From: Octopus sinensis
Taxonomy: Eukaryota
DNA: 64,000 bases
NCBI RefSeq assembly: GCF_006345805.1
Contig: NC_043014.1
Location: 6,076,001-6,140,000, forward strand
Reading direction: 5' to 3'
Shown: in pieces, positions 52,192-64,000 of the stretch
Layout: every line of letters starts with the position of its first letter
Position numbering within the stretch: position 1 is the first letter of the stretch
The notes under the pieces: generated by a model
The model's database searches: none
What the model was told of the DNA's origin: nothing
The model's input: the letters and a program-made list of their open reading frames with translations, nothing else
Made by a program: the position numbers and the translations under genes

Positions 52192-52289
52192 GTATATAAA
52201 CGCACATAATTGTATGTGTATCCATATATATATACACATAAATATGCACATACATGCATGTATGCCCATATATATTTATATATACACAC

Positions 52290-52640
52290 ATGGTAAGAAG
52301 CTTGCTTCCCAACTACATCGTTCCAGGTTCAGTTCCACTGAGAGCCAACTTGGATAAGTGTCTACTATAGCCCCGGGCCGACCAAAGCCTTGAGAGTGCA
52401 TTTGGTAGACGGAAACTGAAAGAAGCCCGTCGTATATATTTATATAGATAAATATGAATGTATTATATATTTTTGTGTCTCTGTTTGTCACCCCCCACGC
52501 CGTCTTTTGACAATCGATGTTGACGTGTTTACGTATTCGAAACTTGGCAGTTCGGCAAAAGTGCCTGACGTCGATTTGTTAGACTAAAGGTGCTACTCCA
52601 GCATAGCCGCTGTCAAACGACTGAAACAAGTAAAAGAATT
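52290..52640 (+). mobile_element. SINE family B, degenerate
   Basis: TTGGTAGACGGAAACTGAAAGAAGCCCGTCG. Confidence 0.8.
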
Positions 52641-52707
52641 ATAGAATATATATTATATATATATATATATATAGGTAACTAAGTCTGTGTATATATATAC
52701 ATATGTC

Positions 52708-52900
52708 TTTCTTTCGTGACCGACCAGTCCATCAGATGTAGTTACACATCGCTGGTCACAATGCGTTCGCATTGTTTTAGCCTTCGTGGAGCTTTTAGGT
52801 GTTTTCGCTCAATAAATACTCACAACGCCCGGTCTGGGAATCGAAACCGCGATCCTACGACCGCGAGTCCGCTGCCCTAACCACTAGGCCATTGCGCTTC
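52708..52900 (-). mobile_element. SINE family C head with short third type of tail
   Basis: Head matches 39119; tail CAATGCGAACGCATTG...GGTCGGTCACGA(AAG)n. Confidence 0.82.
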
Positions 52901-53011
52901 CATATTTATATATATATGTTTATATAAATACGTCTATACATCTTTGCATAAATATATACCTACAGCTAAAAAAACACCACACACACACAATATATATATA
53001 TATTATATATG

Positions 53012-53059
<48 letters not shown>

Positions 53060-53067
53060 AAATAAAT

Positions 53068-53102
<35 letters not shown>

Positions 53103-53152
53103 AATAAATATATATATATATAAATTATATATATATATATATAAATAAATAT

Positions 53153-53202
<50 letters not shown>

Positions 53203-53576
53203 TATATATAATTTATATTTATATATATATACACACACATATATATGCACAGTGTCTCACATTATTAGACAAATCAACCTTCTCTCAATAAATGAATTCA
53301 TATTCATTCAAAAACCAGTTGTTTTCCCACTGACTGTTGGCAACACCTATCTGTGCACGTTGTGTTAAAATAAATCGGATCTGCGCAAACGAAAGCAAAA
53401 AGATATTCGCCATCCAATATATTTTACGAATATGATTTTAGCATCGAAGATCGGTACGGCATCTTTCATTTACTGCCGACTGAAACTGCGCTTGCGCGGT
53501 GAATTTTAAAAAATTATAACATATAATGAAGAGACACGTATTATTTGTCTCTAAATTATATGTTAATTGTTAAGGC

Positions 53577-53648
53577 ACAGTTACTGATGAGGATTCGCTT
53601 AGCACTTTTTTTATTTGCTGACGTAATCTGAAACCTGGGTATAACAGT
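53577..53648 (+). ncRNA. Type I hammerhead ribozyme candidate
   Basis: CTGATGA 53584-53590, GAAA 53630-53633, GTA cleavage triplet 53639-53641; helices I, II and III can all be drawn. Confidence 0.72.
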
Positions 53649-54450
53649 AATAAAATGAGAAGGTAAAAGCTTTTATTTTTCATTCCCTCCGAAAAAATTT
53701 GCCCTTAAATGTGGTTTTAGTCGATTTGACTGCTTCATCTAGCGTGTAAAAATTACCTGTAAAGGGTAGTTTTCTCTTGTGTTTAGTTGTACACTATTTT
53801 ATATACATACATACATACATGTATATTTATATATATATATATATACATGTATGTATGTATGTATGTATGTATATTACATGTACATATAATGCATTATATA
53901 CATATATTTATCCCGTGAAATGTTTAACTTAGATTTAATTATGTATTTCGATTTTGACACTAAGTTTTAGATTTTTAAAGGCTTGTTCCCTTTCTGGGGA
54001 GAGTTTTAATTGTTAGTTACCGACCACATCTTCATTAATATTCAGCATTTAAAGGCTGGGTTTTTCCCCAGCTTTTATAAAATAATTTAAATCTCGAGAA
54101 ATGCATAGAAGCAAACACATCTTGAATAGTGTGCAGTAATAAAGGAAAAGAAAATATGAAATTTCCGACAAATGATCTATGTTTGAAACTAAACAAAAAA
54201 AAAAAAAAGAAGGAAAAAAAAGCTCGAAGTGAAATAGGCCAATAATTATTTTATTAATGGAACTAATTAGAATTTGTATGTGTTTAATTTGAAAATTCGT
54301 GCGTTGTTTTTTAAAATTTACAATCATGAACGCTATTTAATATTTAAATATAAAGAATGTGGTAAACTGAAAGTGACATATTTAAGCGGTGTAATCCATT
54401 TTAAAGTAATATTCATGCAGGCTAGATATATATTTCTTTTAAAAAAGAGA

Positions 54451-55200
54451 TTAAAGAAAATATTTCCATAACGCAAATAGTTTACGAAAGTTGTAGTCTA
54501 ACTGCATCGTGTGTGTTTTACATTTTCTACAATGTGAGCTGAATTTATACTCTGACACTATGAGAATGAAGGGGTGTCCCGAGGGAAATATTATAAGCAT
54601 GGTTGATGATAAAGCGAACAGTTTTTTCTTAACTGTTCTGAATTTGTTGGTAAACAACAAATTCTTGCTTGCTAATCTTCTGCTAATAAATTTTGCAAAC
54701 CCAATGAGAATTAGTTCAGCATCGGTCCCAAATGCTTCTGCTATCTCCAAATTAAAGCAGAATAAAACCTCCTCATTAAGAGACAAGATAAACAGTTTCA
54801 TTAAATTGAATGCCATTATTCACATTGAGGTATTTTGTGTTTCGCCATTGAAGACACAAGCATTATTTGCTTTAACAATGCATACGATTTTAATTACTAC
54901 ACGGCAATGAAACTGTATAATTAATCATGTCAGTTTTACTAAAGTTTCCAAACAACATTCTTCTTTTAATGCGTCTCTAATCAGTCTGTTGCAATAGTGA
55001 GCACCATTGTTCCGGTTTCAGTTCCAGGCGTGGCACACTCAGCAGCTTACGTCTGCTATAACCTCGGGTCAATCAAAACCTTGGTTATTGACAATGTGTC
55101 TAATTTCGGCATATTTGGCATTAGAAATTCTTTCGTTTGCCCTCATAAGTTGTTTATAAATTTAACCTTTAAAGGTATTTTTTAATATGTTGGCCATTGA
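54451..55200 (-). mobile_element. Degenerate hAT (Buster/ZBED5-like) transposase remnant
   Basis: One long stop-interrupted frame: RVVIKIVCIVKAN / FILSLNEEVLFCF / KKKLFAL / IFPS / WKYF follows the Buster-type motif order by eye. Confidence 0.5.
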
Positions 55201-56347
55201 TAAAATTTTTTTCGAAAAAATTTTACCCTACATTAGATATATATATATACATATATAATTATATGTTCGTTCAAAGCAATGAAATGTCGAAACTGTGGTA
55301 TGCTGCTTGAATCTCTTCAATAATCTCACAATAATGACTTTTATTACTTTTATTACTACCTCAGATCATCGAATTGTATATATCTGTCGTTACCTTTCAT
55401 AAAGTCTTTTCTTTTTTTATTTACAATGTGCATTTTCGTTGGTTTTTCTTATTTTACCCTTACATTTACACGTGTAGTTTCTATTTTCTTTTTGTAACAT
55501 ATTTCTAATATGAGGAGAAGATTGCATTGTTTATACCATTTATTCTTTTGAATAGTATCAGTGGAATTTTCGAAACATGTGTCGAAAGTAAAAATATTTG
55601 ATTACACCTGCGTTAACTCCATTTTTTATTCATATATATATATATATATATGTATATAAATAAGCCACGCCTGTCAATAAATGCATACTATGAGGCCCAT
55701 CCATTGTTCTGAGTTTCTCTGGAGCATACAATGCTGTTTAGACAGTCTTGCTACCGTATGTTGTCTTTCTTTTAACCTGGACAAAATAATGTGAAAGTTT
55801 CTATTATATAATGACCGACATAGATATTTGTGTTGAGATATTTCGTTAGGCGGCGTGTTATTTATCATTGAACATAGCCATGGCTTCTGTTGGTGATACA
55901 GTTTAAATGGCTGCAGATAAAACGTTTGTTTATCGTGTGTGTATGTGTGTGTGAGGGGGAATTTATAGTGTTTAGTCATAGATATGATTATAAAGTGTAA
56001 ATAAAACCATAGTAATTAATTGAGGATAAATATTAATAGAAGGTATGTAATTAAGCAGGAATTATTGCTTTGAATGGAACAGGTCTCTCATATAAGTGTT
56101 ATATATTTGATACATAGCACTTAAATTTATTTGAAAGCTTATGGCTTCTACCACCCACACTCTCTTGATATTTGTATCAGGCATAATCGATATAATAATA
56201 TTGATACAATAGTGTCTGAAATGACGATACCACGTATAAGATTAGTTCTTTTGAAACGTACGGCTAAAGATTATTTTAATTTACATATATATATGATTTA
56301 TAGCTATATATGTATGTTTATCTGTATGTGTGTATACATATATATAT

Positions 56348-56553
56348 GTTTCTTTATTACCCACAAGGGGCTAAACATAGAGTGGACAAACAAGGACAGA
56401 CAAAGGTATTAAGTCGATTACATCGACCCCAGTGCGTAACTGGTACTTAATTTATCGACCCCGAAAGGATGAAAGGCAAAGTCGAGCTCGGCGGAAGTTG
56501 AACTCAGAACGTCATGACAGACGAAATACGGCTATGCATTTCGCCCGGCGTGC

Positions 56554-56556
<3 letters not shown>
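56348..56556 (-). mobile_element. SINE family A
   Basis: Consensus match. Confidence 0.9.
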
Positions 56557-56595
<39 letters not shown>

Positions 56596-57087
56596 ATATA
56601 TATACATTTAGCTATCTATACACATAGAATCACTAACATATTCACAACACATACACATACACGTATGCACAACACACACACACATGTGTATATGTACACA
56701 ATCATATTGCATGCTTATGTACCTTTTTCTACTAATGTGTTTCTTTATCCAATATTGTACGTTGTTTTGTAGCTTTATCTTCTTCGAGGTCGACAGCTAA
56801 TACGATTTGCTTTATATCTCCCGCAGTTTCTAAAAAAATTAATATTTTTATAATGTAAAAATACACACACACATACACACATATACACACACACACATAT
56901 CCAGTATTGGTAGAATCAACAAAAAACGTGCTCCATGCAGTAAGAGATAAATATGAATTTAACACACTGAAAGAACTAGTAATAATGTCAGGCTTTTAGG
57001 ATGCATTACCTAAGCATATTAATAAAATATGCCATTTCAAACCAATCCTTCAAGTTATGTTTATCTGTTAGCTATATTTTAAATAGT

Positions 57088-57466
57088 GGAGGCGCAATGG
57101 CCCAGTGGTTAGGGCAGCGAACTCGCGGTCATAGGATCGCGGTTTCGATTCCCAGACTGGGCGTTGTGAGTGTTTATTGAGCGAAAACACCTAAAGCTCC
57201 GCGAGCTCCGGCAGGGATGGTGGTGATCCCTGCTGTACTCTTTCACCACAATTTTCTCTCACTCTTACTTCCTGTTTCTGTTGTACCTGTATTTCAAAGG
57301 GCCAGCCTTGTCACTCTCTGTGTCACGCTGAATATCCCCGAGAACTACGTTATGGGTACCCGTGTCTGTGGAGTGCTCGGCCACTTACACGTTAATTTCA
57401 CGAGCAGGCTGTTCCGTTGATTCGGATCAACCGGAAACCTCGTCGTCGTAACCGACGGAGTGCTTC
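57088..57466 (+). mobile_element. SINE family C, full length
   Basis: Matches 39119-39497. Confidence 0.92.
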
Positions 57467-57689
57467 CATCCATTTTAAATAGAATAAAGTCGCTTGATAG
57501 TGTGATGATAAGGAAAAAACAAACCAGAAGAAAAACGTTAAGAAATGGAATGAGAAGAAATAAATAAAAGCAAGAATACAGAGATCCCTATCTTCCCTGA
57601 AAGCAGAAACCACAATTAATTCAGCTGGGATAGAACAATGTAATACAAAATATGGGAGACTCTGTGAAACATCAACTGAATCTGGAGTG

Positions 57690-58480
57690 GTTTATGTGTT
57701 CTAGTTCGACAAAAGAAACTTGTACATGTTGTTGCACATGTTATAAATTTCAGTTCTGGAATTAAGCAGTGTGTTGAAATTCTTGGATCTCAGAAGATGA
57801 GATTCCTCTGCCACACATAAGTTGCATTCCTTACATCCATTGGTATTTGGCTTGAATTTATCCACGATTTCCCACTTGATTGTATATGGGGTGGAGTTGG
57901 TATTCAACTTAGTTGAATTACTTTTGACGTTATGCCGGAGGGAATATAGGTGGTTGGCATAACGTTTTTTGAAATCACCTTCACATAACCGGTTGTAATT
58001 CTTCTATTCAATTAAGTTATTTTGTTGCGTTGCTGTTACCTCTGCTTGCAAGAAGGAGTTTAACATACAGTTCAAGAGAGCAAAGTTTAGGGTTTCAACA
58101 GTTGAAACCGACAGTGGGCTTTTGGTTATTTTTACGAGTTATAGTTTTCTTCATATTGGGGCCGCATCTATATAATGTTTTAATTGGGCGTCTGTTAAAT
58201 TTGTTCTTGTATTTCTAATTCATTGGGAAAAGCGTCTCTAAAAGCGATAAGAATTTCTTAAGTACATTCGTCTTAACAATTAAAAAGAAAGGGGTGGAAG
58301 AATCAAATTATTTTCCTAGGTTTATACTTAGGGTAATTTTTATGATTCATATTTTTAATTGAAGGGTTGTGAAATAGCACATCTTTGAAGCGGTTGATTA
58401 TTTGGCTTATTTGTCACTTCCCGGCGTCCTTGTTTCTTTAAAATATATCTAATGCATCAACAGAGCCTGAAAGATTACTT
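57690..58480 (-). mobile_element. Penelope-like element ORF 3' portion (linker plus GIY-YIG)
   Basis: VKTNVLKKFLSLLETLFP / YRCGPNM / CPL / LCEGDFKKRYANH / YTIKWEI..CKECNLC..EE..LLNSRTEI. Confidence 0.9.
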
Positions 58481-58604
58481 GGCGGTACATGACTGGCATA
58501 TTATATAAATAGGAGTGAAGGCGCATGGTTTAATGGTTAGGGCATTCGGCCTTCTCTAGCACGTAAGGAGTCCACGTGGTGGTCTTCACCTGTATATAAA
58601 TACT

Positions 58605-58935
58605 TATAGTTGGAATTTACAGCAAAACAAAAGACGAAGACAGGTGTGTAAACAACAAACAGGTGTATTAGTTTAACGCTCGGGAAGGTGAGAAAGAATT
58701 TTACGTTTCTAGCATATATATCTGTCCGAGTCAGACGCCACGATAGATCGTTAGCTACTACACACATTTTTCTCTCCTTGTTCCTCTCCTTGTTTTTTCT
58801 GTGTACCTTTCTGTAGAAGAGCGTGGGCTCGAAACGTAAAAGACTTTTTCTATTCCTGAGCGCTATACTAATACATCTGTTTGTTTGTACACCACCTGCC
58901 TTCGTCTTTTGTTTATTTTCGTAAACTTTCACTTT
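58605..58935. mobile_element. Inverted pair of family H pLTR-like repeats with hammerhead at 58807-58842 (+)
   Basis: 58605-58710 is a diverged reverse complement of 58830-58935. Confidence 0.7.
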
Positions 58936-58999
58936 ATATATATATATCTGTGTGTGTGTGTGCGTGCGTGTGGTGTGTATGTATGTATGTATATATAAG

Positions 59000-59039
<40 letters not shown>

Positions 59040-59159
59040 TATACATCAGCTGAATATAGTTAAAACATGGTCTGGCTTTCACGTTTTTTATTATTGTATT
59101 TTAACATAAAAAGTTATTTTGTAATATCAATCTTCGCTTTCATAAACAGGATAAACATT

Positions 59160-59512
59160 CACAGAATCCAAATGTAAAGATAAAAGATGTGGAACGTGTC
59201 AATACACGCAAAATGCACAGGTTTTCGCAAATGCAAATATGAACTGGAAAAGCCAAAATTTGATCTACTGCATTAAATGCCTGAATTGCAAGGAAATATA
59301 AATAGGCGAGACAGAGAATGCATTATCGGAACGCTCACGAGTCCACTAACAACAACTCCGGAACACCAGTGTTTGCCATACCCAACTGAGCGAAGATATA
59401 GAAGCATTTGGTCACAAAATGTTTCTAATTTTTCCTTCCCACAAACTACATATCACAAGTGAGTTTAAAAGAAAGATAAAAGGAAAATGGTTTATTAAAA
59501 AATACAAACCTA
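59160..59512 (+). mobile_element. Penelope-like GIY-YIG endonuclease remnant (second PLE type)
   Basis: CKDKRCGTC...SQNLIYCIKCLNCKEI*IGETENALSERSRVH*QQLR...LSE...FLIFP...RKIK..WFIKKYKP. Confidence 0.9.
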
Positions 59513-59811
59513 CACACAGACAGACACACGCGCAAACACCTACACACATGCACACATACTCACAAACAGACAAATGTACACTCACATGCCGATGCAGACA
59601 GAGGCGCTTGCAAATACATATTCTTTATTGCCGACAAATATGAAAGCACTGTAAACATAAATCTAATTGGAATGAGGTTGCCAACCTGAATACTAGTGAA
59701 CGGAAATAAATCGACCGCAGAACATTGAAACCATCAAAAGAAATTAGAGAATTACTCCATGCCACAGCTTCAGTACACATGTTTATCAATTATTATTGTG
59801 TATTTATATGC

Positions 59812-59858
<47 letters not shown>

Positions 59859-60439
59859 GCATATATACATACGTATATGTACATACATCTATACGTATAC
59901 ATATATGCATGTGTGGGCATAGGATGTCATGAAGAGTGTACAGCAAAAAATACGAAGTACGAGTATATGGAACATGATCTATTCTTTCGATCAACGAAAG
60001 ATACAAATGGAAAACAAAACAAACAATATAAAGAACGACCCTTCATCAGTTGTTGGCTGTTTTTCTAGTCTCGTATTTCGAACATTTAAGAACAATATAC
60101 GCTTTCGATAAAATGGTTGCTCTCGCAAAGCAAATTAAATAAAATAGGTAACATAAACAGGACAGTGAAAACAAACAGGAGTGGTTGCTAAGCCTAAACG
60201 AGGTTGTGGTGGCGAACGTGTAAATCAAGCTAGGACAAGAGACAGACAAGAACACGTCTTCCTTGTTCCAGCTACAACGGAGAGAAAGCATGAAAGAAAG
60301 ATAGCCGACGATCATGTGGGAGCCACGTGAGCAAGGGGGAAGGGGCGAGGGAGAGAGAGTGACAGAGTAATAGGATAGAATTGTGGGAGAAGGGGATGTA
60401 AAAGAATAAGAGAGAGTAAAAGAGAGAAAAACGAAAGAG

Positions 60440-60476
<37 letters not shown>

Positions 60477-60479
60477 TTT

Positions 60480-60726
60480 TATTCTTTTACTTGTTTCAGT
60501 CATTTGACTGCGCCCATGCTGCAGCACCGCCTTAGTCGATCAAATCGACCCCAGGACTTATCATTTCGAAGCCTAGTACTTATTTTCTTATTCTATCAGC
60601 ACTTTTGCCGAACTACTAAGTTAAGGGGATGTAAACACACCAACATCGGTTGTCAAGCGATGGTGCGGGGGACAAACACAGACACGCAAAAATACACATA
60701 CATATTCATATATATATATATATATA

Positions 60727-60776
<50 letters not shown>

Positions 60777-60930
60777 GATAGGCTTCTTTCAGTTTCTGTC
60801 TACCAAATCCACCCACAAGGCTTTTGTCAGTGTGAGGCTATAGTAGAAGAAACTCGTCCAAGGTGTAACGCAGTGCGACTGAACCCGGAACCTTGTGGTT
60901 GTTAAGGAAGCTACTGACCACACAGCCAGA
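60480..60930 (-). mobile_element. SINE family B
   Basis: TTTCAGTCATTTGACTGCGCCCATGCTG and TTCTTTCAGTTTCTGTCTACCAAATCC. Confidence 0.88.
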
Positions 60931-61692
60931 GGCGATTTAAGGTCATCAGCGTCGCTCGTGCTCATCACAGAGTTTGTGTCCCAAATGGCTTATTTGTTTT
61001 ATATCTAGCACTATGTATTTTTCCATATCTAAGTTAGGGGTAAAAACTATCAACCCTACAAAACACAACAGATCTTTATAAATAGGCGCACAGAATAATA
61101 ACATACAAATAATTCCTTGACTGTGAAATTCCGAGAGAGTTCTATTCATCCTGATGAGGGAGTCATTGTCCAGATGCGATTTAACATGGAATGAGACCGC
61201 GGCAGTGAACTCCTGAAATGGCCATACAAGTGACACTTGACCTACCTTTTGTTTGGAACTCTCTACGCTACTTGGATACCAGACATACCATAGATTACTT
61301 CATTTTAAAAATGAACCATTTTAGTATATTTTTAATCGAAGGGTAAAAAGATTTTTAGTAATTCATTTTGTTCAACCTTTTTTAGTCGATTTGTACATAC
61401 GTTTTCTTGACACGCCCTTCTATGTAGTTTATATGTGCATATATATACTTTACCTTTTGTGCTTATATATGTATTCTTTTTATATGTTGAAGGCCGTGGT
61501 ATTATTTGTATGCGATGAAATGTATAGATGCCTCGGGTTATATAAAGTCGTTGCCCGAATTTGATGTTTGTTCCCTCATCAGGGATTTCTTTTTATCTGT
61601 CAAATGTAAATAATGTACATAATTCTTTATCTCTTAACTATAGAATTGTATAATTTATTGTTTCCATAAAAGAAACAAAAATTATTTATTGT

Positions 61693-61769
<77 letters not shown>

Positions 61770-62073
61770 ATATACATATATATATGTATATATATATATA
61801 CATATATATATATACATATATATGTATATATATATCCATATATATAACATATATATATATATATACGTATATATATATGTATATATATATATATCATATA
61901 TATATACATACATATATACCATATATATATATATATACCATATATATACACATTATATATACACGCACACACACACACACACTCACACACACAAATAAAA
62001 AGAAACAAAAATTATTATTGCCATACATATATATATATATACAAATATATATATATACATATATATATATATA

Positions 62074-62116
<43 letters not shown>

Positions 62117-62379
62117 GACGCACACCATACACACACACTCACATACACACAGCCACACGCATATATATATATATGCTACATCTGTAAACGTGTTTTGTTT
62201 ATGAATGGATCGTTAAGCACGGACATAACTTCCAATTAGTTTAGCTCTTAAAATCATCAAAACATGATAGTTTTTATTCACATTGTTTCGTAATATATAA
62301 TAGCGTATGTGTGAGAGGCCAAATCTGGCCGACTTGAGCATAAACCAGCAAAAAATCTCCGATTCAGCTACGTCCAGTT

Positions 62380-63120
62380 CAAATGCAAAAGGTTTAAAAG
62401 ATTGAAATATCATTGACCAGCGGAGAATAGGACGATGATAATGATTTCCAAAGAGCAGCAGTTAGATGAAATAAGCTTTTGAAATACCAGGGCTTAAGAT
62501 TAGCAGGAATCTCAACAGAGATTTGTTGCAACTGGGCAAAGAATCAGGTGACACGTTTGAAGGTTTTGACAGAGGGATCTAGATCAGAAAGTTCATCTGG
62601 AAAATGAGTTTGGAAATATTTATAGAAAAGCCACAACGAAGGAACATATCGTTGATGACCTCGAAGACTCCAAGTAAGGAACTGGCTACGACATTGATTT
62701 AATAGACATCGTTGAAACCAACTGATGAACAATTTAAATTACTTCCATTCCTAGAATTCAAATTGTTATATATAGAACTGGCACTGTACCAATGCCAAAG
62801 AAAGCTATTCTTTGGAGTAATAGGGAAGGAACATCGTTTCAACATTCTATGAAATAACGTTATTGTTTCGCATTGTGTACAGTGAATCCCTTTCCTCGAA
62901 CAGAGCAGTCGTATATATTATTCTATTGTATATCTACTTGAAATCTCTTCCGTGAGATCTATTGGTCACAAAATTTCGAGATATCTGATTCTATAAATTC
63001 ACATTATTACCGCCTTTTATTCTGATATCACCCTGATTTGCTTTGATCTATTGATAACAGGATGGACAGTATTTAATTCTTGATATTACGGACGGCTCTC
63101 ATTGATTTCTTGATATCCGG
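62380..63120 (-). mobile_element. CR1-group LINE ORF2 3' remnant
   Basis: RYVPSLWLFYKYFQTHFPDELSDLDPSVKTFKRVT...SLFHLTAALWKSL...PLVNDISIF, cf. RR.VASL.LFY.Y...CS.EL / SFFPRTA.LWNSL. Confidence 0.8.
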
Positions 63121-63199
63121 GTGGGTCCTTTTCATCTTTTCATCACCTCACTGAAGTCTGAAGAGGCTGGGGTTCGATGCTCTTCTCTTTCTCTTTCTT

Positions 63200-63241
63200 T
63201 TTCTTCTCCTCATCGTCGTCGTCATCATCATCATCATCATT

Positions 63242-63275
<34 letters not shown>

Positions 63276-63360
63276 ACATCATGATCATGATCATCATCAT
63301 CGACCTTCTTCATCATCGTCAATATCATCATCATCATCATCATCGTCAGCATCATCGTCG

Positions 63361-63398
<38 letters not shown>

Positions 63399-63608
63399 GT
63401 CAGCATCATCGTCATTTCCATCCTTGTCGTCATCGTTGTCATCATCATCATCATCATCCTCATTACCACCACCAAGGCCGCCACCATCAACAACAACAAA
63501 CCACCATTATTATAATTTGTATTGTTGTTATTATTTTTATTACTGTGATTAGTATTAATTATTATCATTAGCAATAAAAATTATCATAATTGTTATTATT
63601 ATTATCAC

Positions 63609-63648
<40 letters not shown>

Positions 63649-63730
63649 GTTGTTGTTGTTGTTGTTGTTATTACTATTATCATCATCATCATCATCATCA
63701 TCATTATTGTAACTATCATTATTACAGCAG
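63200..63730. repeat. (CAT)n/(ATT)n/(GTT)n compound microsatellite
   Basis: Directly visible. Confidence 0.92.
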
Positions 63731-63885
63731 ATATAATATGATTTTCACGGACTATTAAAAGGGAAAGATGGAAAGACACTTGCGTGTGCGCATGCCTGCA
63801 CACGTGCCCACAAATGCATTTATAAGTATCTGTCTATCTATCTGCCTCTCAATATGTCAATCTATCGTTCTAGCTATCGACTTAT

Positions 63886-63947
<62 letters not shown>

Positions 63948-64000
63948 CTCTGTCTCTGTCAAAAGAAATATAAAATGTGACTTCATTGACCGAGGTTACC

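Noticed and set aside
56732-56830. Possible 69-nt minus-strand exon (TAGDIKQIVLAVDLEEDKATKQ)
   Set aside because: Weak donor, no recognisable family, and no other supported exons.
19742-57466. tRNA genes at SINE heads
   Set aside because: Only A/B boxes are retained; none forms a full cloverleaf and all run into SINE bodies.
59960-60055. Minus-strand CTGATGA...GAAA as a hammerhead
   Set aside because: Helix II and helix III cannot be formed convincingly.
61150-61185. CTGATGAGGGA motifs at 61152 (plus) and about 61575 (minus)
   Set aside because: There is no GAAA after the putative helix II.
60946-61236. Possible IS630/Tc1 DDE remnant (KYIVLDIKQISH vs IVMDNA..H)
   Set aside because: Only one loose motif and no TIRs found; too weak to list.
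601-63980. Most long ORFs in the track (YI, HT, IYLS, poly-I/L/H/M)
   Set aside because: They are translations of (AT)n, (CA)n, (TACA)n, (GATA)n, (ATT)n and (CAT)n microsatellites.

Overview
AT-rich, microsatellite-dense eukaryotic DNA. The repeat families suggest a coleoid cephalopod (Octopus-like); this is inferred by eye, not by database search. No host protein-coding gene could be recognised: almost all long ORFs in the track are translated microsatellites. The window reads as intergenic or deep intronic sequence built from transposon remnants. These include several tRNA-derived SINE families, four non-autonomous Helitrons, a DD37D/maT-type Tc1-mariner, a hAT MITE and a hAT transposase remnant, 3' fragments of RTE, CR1 and RLE (R4/Dong-like) LINEs, and several Penelope-like (GIY-YIG) fragments. 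The most interesting signals are RNA-structural. (1) A near-complete type I hammerhead ribozyme fold lies at 53577-53648. (2) Two copies of a composite element join a Pol III tRNA-like head to a Penelope-type minimal hammerhead inside terminal inverted repeats. (3) Two further minimal hammerheads share an A6U core variant. (4) Two near-perfect 99 bp and 142 bp fold-backs lie within 1.2 kb of each other. (5) A pre-miRNA-shaped hairpin sits at 13205. (6) SINE concatemers show an invariant head-to-tail junction at three loci. All alignments and folds were done by eye, and boundaries are approximate unless termini are quoted.
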